Shown here: one piece after another, positions 57,996 through 64,000 of the stretch | Position numbering within the stretch: the stretch's first letter is position 1 | Layout of the letters: every line of letters begins with the position of its first letter | Assembly (NCBI GenBank): GCA_963805625.1 | Contig: CAWDVE010000010.1 | Coordinates: forward strand, 64,001-128,000 | Length of the DNA: 64,000 bases | Origin: an uncultured Candidatus Rokubacteria bacterium | GTDB taxonomy: Bacteria; Methylomirabilota; Methylomirabilia; Rokubacteriales; DASRDR01 | Direction: 5' to 3' | Notes under the pieces: generated by a model | Seen by the model: the letters and a program-made list of their open reading frames with translations, nothing else | What the model was told of the DNA's origin: nothing | The model's database searches: none | Program-made: the position numbers and the translations under genes

Positions 57996-58110
57996 ACGAG
58001 GGTTCCCCGCCTCAGGGCCTCTCCGAGGCACGGCGGGGCAGGGAGGTGTTTGAAATTCTTTCGATCTGATCCGCCGCGGGGGCGTCCCTTCGGGGGCGGC
58101 GGCGTTCATC
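57996..58110 (-). repeat. Solo hairpin-doublet repeat
   Basis: CCCCGCCTCAGGGCCTCTCCGAGGCACGGCGGGGCAG-24 nt-CTGATCCGCCGCGGGGGCGTCCCTTCGGGGGCGGCGGCGTTCATC. Confidence 0.92.
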
Positions 58111-58298
58111 ATAAATCAAAATAGCGGGACACACATCCCAAGTCATTTAGTATTTATACGATTTTTCATGAATGAGGCACAATCTTTTTTATGAGAGTAA
58201 ATCGATTTCCAGGATAGTCGAGGGACACCGGGTCAGATAACTGCAGAAACGTTCTGAAATGGCTCACGAATAATATAGGATTTTTGCACCGGATAGAC

Positions 58299-59411
58299 TC
58301 ACACAGGAAAATACGGAGTATTGGTCTTCAGGCACATCGCCAGTTCCTCCATAATGGGAACAATCTCATGTTCTTTTTCGAAACGCCGGCTGATGAGTTC
58401 GGCAAGACTCCCCTGGGCGATTCGCTTGCTGATGATGGGGAGGTACTCGCGCTCATCAGGTGTTGCATGCTTCCATGCAGCATCATAGAGACGGTTCAGT
58501 TCAGGCCTGAGTTCTTCTGTACCTCTGTGTATCGCGCGATCGGTGAGTTCAAGCAGGGCAGTCTGGTCAGTTTCGAGCCGGAGCGAATGACACCTCAGCA
58601 GTGACCGCACAAAAGCACAGACTGCCATATCTGAACGGATACATTCCTGCTCGTCAAGCGCCTTGATCTCAAGACAGGTACGGGAAAAACGGATGATCAG
58701 CCCGCTCGAGTTCACCCACTCTTCGCAGAGAATATCTGCTCCCCTCAGGCGGAGTTCTGAAAAAACCTCTTCCTGGGTCGCACGATAATCATCGGCACAA
58801 CGGATCTTCTCAGGAATAATCCGGTTGCAGATGAGCGGGATCTCTTTCTGGTTCTCCCGGTAACAGATAAGCCGGTTATCAGCAATTCCCGTAAGTTTTC
58901 CTTCCACCATGGGAGAAGAAGCGGTGACTGCAATAAGGTAGGGGAGCAGGGAGCGGATCCGGTTATAGGTCGTCACCAGTTCCTGTTCGTGTGCATAGGA
59001 AAGATTGATCTGCAACGCCTGGATGTTCAGCCAGCCGTGCTGGTGGATGTTAAAAAGACGGTCATATGCATCATAGTATTCTCCCTCGTCATGATCCCAG
59101 ACTGCCGTGCGGTCAAGAGTAAGGGTCGGGTGCATGCCCAGTCCGAGCAGCCAGTAGCGTCCCTCGAAAATATGGTAAAATTTTCGTATCCCCTTCATGA
59201 GCTGGTTTTCAAGTGAGGCAAGGTTGTCAGCGGGGACACGGGGGATAATTTCGAGGACCGTTTTCTGGAGTTCCTTGCTGAGTTTCACATCACCAAAGAG
59301 GATCTCGCTTTCGGTACGTCCGCAGATGGTCCTGATAATCCGGTCGGAAACGGGCAGGGCATTGAACCGCCGGTCATTGATGGAGTATTCATGTTCGGTA
59401 CCGATTGTCAT
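58299..59411 (-). CDS. Glutamate--cysteine ligase family 2 (GCS2/YbdK-like) carboxylate-amine ligase
   Basis: TIGTEHEY, KELQKTVLE, GLGMHP, HGWLNIQALQINL, ASSP and LEIKALDEQ motifs. Confidence 0.85.
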   Translation of the reverse strand: MTIGTEHEYSINDRRFNALPVSDRIIRTICGRTESEILFGDVKLSKELQKTVLEIIPRVPADNLASLENQLMKGIRKFYHIFEGRYWLLGLGMHPTLTLDRTAVWDHDEGEYYDAYDRLFNIHQHGWLNIQALQINLSYAHEQELVTTYNRIRSLLPYLIAVTASSPMVEGKLTGIADNRLICYRENQKEIPLICNRIIPEKIRCADDYRATQEEVFSELRLRGADILCEEWVNSSGLIIRFSRTCLEIKALDEQECIRSDMAVCAFVRSLLRCHSLRLETDQTALLELTDRAIHRGTEELRPELNRLYDAAWKHATPDEREYLPIISKRIAQGSLAELISRRFEKEHEIVPIMEELAMCLKTNTPYFPV

Positions 59412-59914
59412 GAGACTGCACAATTCCTCCGGGGGACTTCTGATACCTTTTCTGTTTCCGGCTCATCAATGCGGCAGACGGCATCAATTTCTTCCTGCGT
59501 GAGATTGCTGACGAGGTGGGTGATGCTTTTCACCGCAAGGTCATACTGGAGCTGGTATGCTTCGGGGGTATTTTTCAGGAGCGTAACGAGCGGACAGATA
59601 CCCGGAAATTTCAGGTAAATTTCAATAACATCTCCTTTCACGTCAAACGTGAACGGCCCGGCCCGGCATGTTTCAGGTTTTATCGCATGAATGACGCATT
59701 TGCCATTCTCTGAAAGTATGCAGACACCATTTTCCCGTGCTTTAAGACGTTTATACCCGACATCCTCAAACAGGTCCGGGGAAACCCCGGCAGCAGTCAG
59801 TCTCCCGCAACAGGATCGCGATACCGGGGGATGTGCATCAACACAACAATGCCCCCCGCACCGCATGCAAATCTCTTCAGCATGGCCCAACCAGTCTTCA
59901 GTCAAAAAGATCAC
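59408..59914 (-). CDS. YkgJ-family cysteine-cluster (Zn/Fe-S) protein
   Basis: CMRCGGHCC ... C ... C.IH..KPETCR.GPF ... CP. Confidence 0.88.
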   Translation of the reverse strand: MIFLTEDWLGHAEEICMRCGGHCCVDAHPPVSRSCCGRLTAAGVSPDLFEDVGYKRLKARENGVCILSENGKCVIHAIKPETCRAGPFTFDVKGDVIEIYLKFPGICPLVTLLKNTPEAYQLQYDLAVKSITHLVSNLTQEEIDAVCRIDEPETEKVSEVPRRNCAVS

Positions 59915-60783
59915 GTCGTAAAAAGGTAAGAAACAATCTGTTCGAATACACGGGGGTAACAGTCATCCTCACCGCTCTCGATAGAGGGATTGTCATTCAC
60001 CTCAATAACGTACGCATCCCCGTTATTATTTTTTATGTCCACACCATACAGGCCCCTGCCTATCGCATTTGCTGCATCAATCCCGAGATCGATCACATGG
60101 GGCGGGACCTTGTCCGGAGAGACACTCTCCACCCCGCAGTAGACAAGATGACCATTCACCGATGCCTGGATCTTGAAGGTATCGGAGGGAATCGTGTACT
60201 TGCAGACATAGAGCAGATTCCCGCCAAGCACGCCCACGCGCCAGTCATACCTGCTCTCAATATACTGCTGCACGACGATCCAGTCCGAGAGCTTGATAAA
60301 CCTGCGGGCGACACGGAAAAATTCTGCGATATCGTTGACTTTTTCGACCCGGAGCGAGAAAGAAGTGGAAGGCTCCTTGACGATAAGGGGGGACCCGAGT
60401 TCATCGAACAGATGCGTTACTTCCTCGACAGTGAGATGGGTTTTTGATAAGAAAACGGTTTTTGGCAGGGAGATATTCTTTTCGATCAGGTGCGAGTACA
60501 TGTTGACCTTATCAGAGCAGATCCGGATTGAGCGGGGATCGTCGATGACCGGTATGCCGTGAAACTCTGCCATCCGTGCTGCCACGTAGGTAACATTCAA
60601 CGGGTCGGTACGGGCACGGATGAAGAGTGCATCCATTTTCGGAATTTTATGGATATCTACAGGAAATATGAAGTCCACGTCATGGCCCATCCCCTCGGCA
60701 ATGTCCCGGCAGCGGATCAGCGCATTGAGCTGCTCGGAATTTGAGAGGGTCTTCCGATCGACAAAGATGCCAAGCTGACTCAT
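59911..60783 (-). CDS. RimK-like ATP-grasp ligase
   Basis: DALFIRA, CSDKV, LIVKEP, QQYI..YDWRVGVL, YGVDIK and IEVNDNP motifs. Confidence 0.9.
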   Translation of the reverse strand: MSQLGIFVDRKTLSNSEQLNALIRCRDIAEGMGHDVDFIFPVDIHKIPKMDALFIRARTDPLNVTYVAARMAEFHGIPVIDDPRSIRICSDKVNMYSHLIEKNISLPKTVFLSKTHLTVEEVTHLFDELGSPLIVKEPSTSFSLRVEKVNDIAEFFRVARRFIKLSDWIVVQQYIESRYDWRVGVLGGNLLYVCKYTIPSDTFKIQASVNGHLVYCGVESVSPDKVPPHVIDLGIDAANAIGRGLYGVDIKNNNGDAYVIEVNDNPSIESGEDDCYPRVFEQIVSYLFTT

Positions 60784-61637
60784 AGGAATTCCTGGTTGGA
60801 GAGATATGCCGCGAGCAGGGTGCGTTCATCAGCGGTAAGCTGGGAGTACCGGGTAGGAGCAAGAGATGACAGCAGAAGATGTTCACCGGTTTTTACCAAC
60901 ACCATGGTGACAAGGGGAATCCGGAAACATTCGTACACCTTCTCTGCAATAGTTGCGAAAGGGGACAGGGATGTGGCAGTTTTTCCAAAAATTCCCACAC
61001 AGGAATGAATCGTCGCCCCGTCCCCCAGTTTCTGGTAGCAGAAGGGATATTTGCCGATGTTGGTGATGTGTTTTATCACTTCTTTTGCCTTTTCGTTGTC
61101 GTGCACCTCAAAGAAATCGGATGTCGTGGCAAAATAATTCAGTCCATACAAGAGTGCAGGCAGGGGGACATACCCCTGGGATATCCCCCATTCACAGACC
61201 GGGATACCCCCCTGTTTTGCCCGCTCAAGGCAGATGGGTACAACATACGCATCGAGAATCGCACGGCTGGAAGGCCTGACCTTTTTTCCTTCCAGTTCAT
61301 AGCTCAGAATGGTGTAATAGGTCTCGGTTTTATACGAGTAATTTTCGCTGACAATATGGCAGGTATTATTGCGTCTGACACAATAGTGCGAGTCTTTTAT
61401 GATATTCTGCTCACGCTTTGCACTTGCCTTAACCGGTGTTTTACGTAAAGATGGCACATCGTCACACAATTCCGGCTCAGACCCTGTGGCGGGAACCAGG
61501 GGCAGTTCGGAATCAGATACTGTACTGGCATCTTTTGCGTGAGCTGTATCAGATCCTCTGGGACTCATCGGATCACCAGCCCGTCCTGCATCAGCCAGTC
61601 TGGAGTCCGCACAAAAATCCTCTGATACCGGGCACAT
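60780..61637 (-). CDS. RimK-like ATP-grasp N-terminal (RLAN) domain protein with low-complexity N-terminus; may extend to 61789
   Basis: NYSYKTETYYTILSYELEGKKVRPS resembles the RLAN motif; the stop overlaps the ATP-grasp start. Confidence 0.65.
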   Translation of the reverse strand: MCPVSEDFCADSRLADAGRAGDPMSPRGSDTAHAKDASTVSDSELPLVPATGSEPELCDDVPSLRKTPVKASAKREQNIIKDSHYCVRRNNTCHIVSENYSYKTETYYTILSYELEGKKVRPSSRAILDAYVVPICLERAKQGGIPVCEWGISQGYVPLPALLYGLNYFATTSDFFEVHDNEKAKEVIKHITNIGKYPFCYQKLGDGATIHSCVGIFGKTATSLSPFATIAEKVYECFRIPLVTMVLVKTGEHLLLSSLAPTRYSQLTADERTLLAAYLSNQEFL

Positions 61638-62008
61638 ACCGATGGTGTATCGGGACAGGGTACAACAGATGGATGTATCGTATGCTCCCCGGTATCTGCA
61701 CCTGAGATACAGGGCGTCGTAAAAAAACAGGAAGGGGACCGACTATGGGCCTCTTCATCATCGTCATCGTTTTCAAGGCACTCGTTCATGTTCAACACTA
61801 ATCCAATACCAGTCCATTGGATTATCGTTGATAGCTATAAGCATCGATCTTTAAAGTAGTTTGTAGGGATCACGTGCAAAAATCACTCTGGCTCATATCA
61901 GCGGTTTGAGCGGGTATACGAGGGAAATTCAAAGTATCCGGAATGCTGGAGCGGTTCCACGCCACAAAAAGTAAAGTTGATATTATTATATCACTATCAG
62001 TAATCACC

Positions 62009-62563
62009 ATGCATATTCCTACGCCCGAAGAACTCCGGGCACGCCGTGAAGCCCTTGGCATGAAACAGACAGAACTTGCAAAACGTGCAGGTATCAGTCA
62101 GTCAATGGTGGCACGGATCGAGGCGGGAAATGTAGACCCCAGGGTAAGTACGTTATCCAAAATCATTGTTGTCCTGAACAGTGCAGAACCCAGAAAAATC
62201 CGGGCAATGCAGATTATGCACACTCCTGTCCTGTCCGTCCAGCCCCAGGATGCGATAACACGTGCGGTTGAGATCTTTGAAAAGAATAATATCTCACAAT
62301 TACCCGTCATCGAAAGGGGTGTGCCGGTCGGCTGCATCTCTGAAACGGTCATCGTCAAGGCCATCGAACAGCAACGGTTGCACAAGACCCACCTTTTTGT
62401 TGTCCGCGATTTTATGGAACCCGGGTTTCCAACCGTCCCTCCGGACATGGATGTCGAAACGGTCATCAACATCCTGCAGCAGAACCATGCCGTGCTGGTG
62501 ATCGAAGGCGGGATGGTCAGGGGTGTAATAACCAAGCATGATCTCATCTCACTGATTGTCTAG
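62009..62563 (+). CDS. XRE-HTH + tandem CBS domain transcriptional regulator
   Basis: LRARREALGMKQTELAKRAGISQSMVARIEAG.VDPR, then ISQLPV and GVITKHDL. Confidence 0.92.
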   Translation: MHIPTPEELRARREALGMKQTELAKRAGISQSMVARIEAGNVDPRVSTLSKIIVVLNSAEPRKIRAMQIMHTPVLSVQPQDAITRAVEIFEKNNISQLPVIERGVPVGCISETVIVKAIEQQRLHKTHLFVVRDFMEPGFPTVPPDMDVETVINILQQNHAVLVIEGGMVRGVITKHDLISLIV

Positions 62564-62735
62564 GCATAGGGGAGACAGAGGGGATCGAAAAACCTGTTCT
62601 CTTTTTCCATGGTTCGGGAAAGTCTACGTTTCTGAGAATCCTGTCTTTTAAGATTATCGTACCGGTGATATTGCAGTAACAACTAAACGATAGTTCTCCA
62701 GTGAGAATTGGAATTCCTGTCATACATTCATATTT

Positions 62736-63049
62736 ATGAGGGTTCCCCGCCTCAGGGCCTCTCCGAGGCACGGCGGGGCAGGGAGGTTTTCAGAGATTAT
62801 CGGAAACTTACCGATTTTGTTGAATGATCCCATGCAGGAACGTCCCTTCGGAAGCAGCGGCGTTCATCACTCTCTGTTTCAAAAACAATTCCTGAACGGA
62901 AAATTTCATAAAAATTTATGAGGATCACCCGCCTCAGGGCCTTTCCGAGGGCGCTGCGGGTCAGAGGTTTTTTAGAGTCTGTCAAAATGTACCAACTTTG
63001 TTAACTGATCCGCCGCGGGGGCGTCCCTTCGGGGGCGGCGGCGTTCATC
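62736..63049 (-). repeat. Two tandem hairpin-doublet repeats (62736-62868 and 62918-63049)
   Basis: First unit has a perfect B and a degenerate A; second has a degenerate B and a perfect A. Confidence 0.88.
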
Positions 63050-63160
63050 CTAAATCGGGATGAGTCCCTTGTATCCAAAAATTGTAGTATATTTAGCGGA
63101 AATTAATGGGTTTTTTCCCGTAACCGTTCATGTCCGGCAGGATTCCCAATAAACCGCTTT

Positions 63161-63829
63161 TCATAATTTCGATACCAGATCGCGGAGCACATCAGCCGGC
63201 TCCTTTGCCTTCACCACACTGGATGCGAGCAGCACGCCATCAGTACCGAGATCGACGGCGATTCTCACGCAGTCCCCGGACTGGATACCGGCACCGGTCA
63301 GCACCCTGACTTTTGCATTCACTGCGTGGACTGCTGCCACCGACTTCCTGATAATTTCCGGATTGGCTTTTGAAACCGATACGCCGCTCCCGATCAGTTC
63401 CGGGGGTTCAATGGCCACGTAATCCGGTGCAAGGGCTGCAGCAGCGGCGCTGGTGGCTTCATTATTCGAACAGACGACCGCAGCCAGTTTCTGTGCCTGC
63501 AATGCCCTGACTGAGGCCTCGATATCGGCAAGTGTCAGGCGCCTCTCCGAATGATTGACCAGCGAGCCTGCAGCTCCTGCCATTTTGATGGCATCAGCAG
63601 TGATGTGCCCCGTATGAGCACCGGGCTCATAACCGTCCACATGCTGTGCATATACCGGGATGGCAAAGTGATGACAGATGGGATGGAGATCGATATAGGA
63701 GGGGGCGATTCCAATGGTTGCCCCGCTTTCATGAGCCACAAGCTGTGCAGCATTTGCAATCATATGGGCACGGTTACCCATTCCTTCTCTGAAAGTCTTT
63801 ACATTTACCAGAATGAATGGTGAAGGCAT
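63161..63829 (-). CDS. tpiA: Triosephosphate isomerase (archaeal type)
   Basis: [28 protein letters not shown] and GVLLAS motifs. Confidence 0.96.
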   Translation of the reverse strand: MPSPFILVNVKTFREGMGNRAHMIANAAQLVAHESGATIGIAPSYIDLHPICHHFAIPVYAQHVDGYEPGAHTGHITADAIKMAGAAGSLVNHSERRLTLADIEASVRALQAQKLAAVVCSNNEATSAAAAALAPDYVAIEPPELIGSGVSVSKANPEIIRKSVAAVHAVNAKVRVLTGAGIQSGDCVRIAVDLGTDGVLLASSVVKAKEPADVLRDLVSKL

Positions 63830-64000
63830 AACAACTCCTTATCCTGCTCTCTGAACGGATTAGTTAATCCATTTCAGTTCAATTATGATGAATATTTGTA
63901 CATGATGTTCAGGATTGCAGAACGCGGGGTTCTTTAAGCCCGCGGATGAAATGACCGCTCGTGATGCCTCCCAGAGAACGTAATCTGACAGCGTCTTTCA

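Noticed and set aside
17884-63049. Repeats as a CRISPR array
   Set aside because: Copies are dispersed, at most two in tandem, with no regular repeat-spacer period and no cas genes.
63840-64000. 3' end of a gene upstream of tpiA
   Set aside because: Too short to assign; no recognisable motif in the open minus-strand frames.

Overview
Archaeal chromosome segment. The gene content (methanogenesis marker 8, CDC48, Sm/Lsm, archaeal RNase Z and TPI, bifunctional FBP aldolase/phosphatase) points to a methanogen, most like Methanomicrobiales/Methanoregula; the taxon is inferred. The first 15.7 kb is one giant, frameshift-broken TPR gene (>5,000 codons, running off the left edge) with four near-identical 816-bp units. 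Next come tRNA-Thr(GGT), a DtxR-type regulator with a metal ABC transporter, a pseudo-receiver/coiled-coil protein, housekeeping genes (ade, RecJ-like DHH, rnz, thiC), a KimA-like transporter, cdc48 and clpB, three gluconeogenesis genes, Lsm with a TFE-beta-like gene, a pseudoREC-PAS-PAS-diadenylate cyclase, an ADP-forming acetate-CoA ligase, an RLAN/ATP-grasp/YkgJ/GCS2 ligase operon and tpiA. Many genes carry single-base indels, most likely long-read assembly errors. The most unusual signal is non-coding: a dispersed repeat family at 11 intergenic loci. Its ~115-bp core is an inverted doublet of GC-rich hairpins (REPIN/BIME-like). The core occurs solo, in tandem, or inside a ~450-bp MITE with GGCTCTGTTGAAAC terminal inverted repeats, whose second ~200-bp module appears in both orientations. 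The repeats occupy all five convergent and none of the five divergent intergenic regions. A shared operator-like motif follows the TATA boxes of cdc48 and clpB. No transposase, CRISPR array or rRNA was seen.
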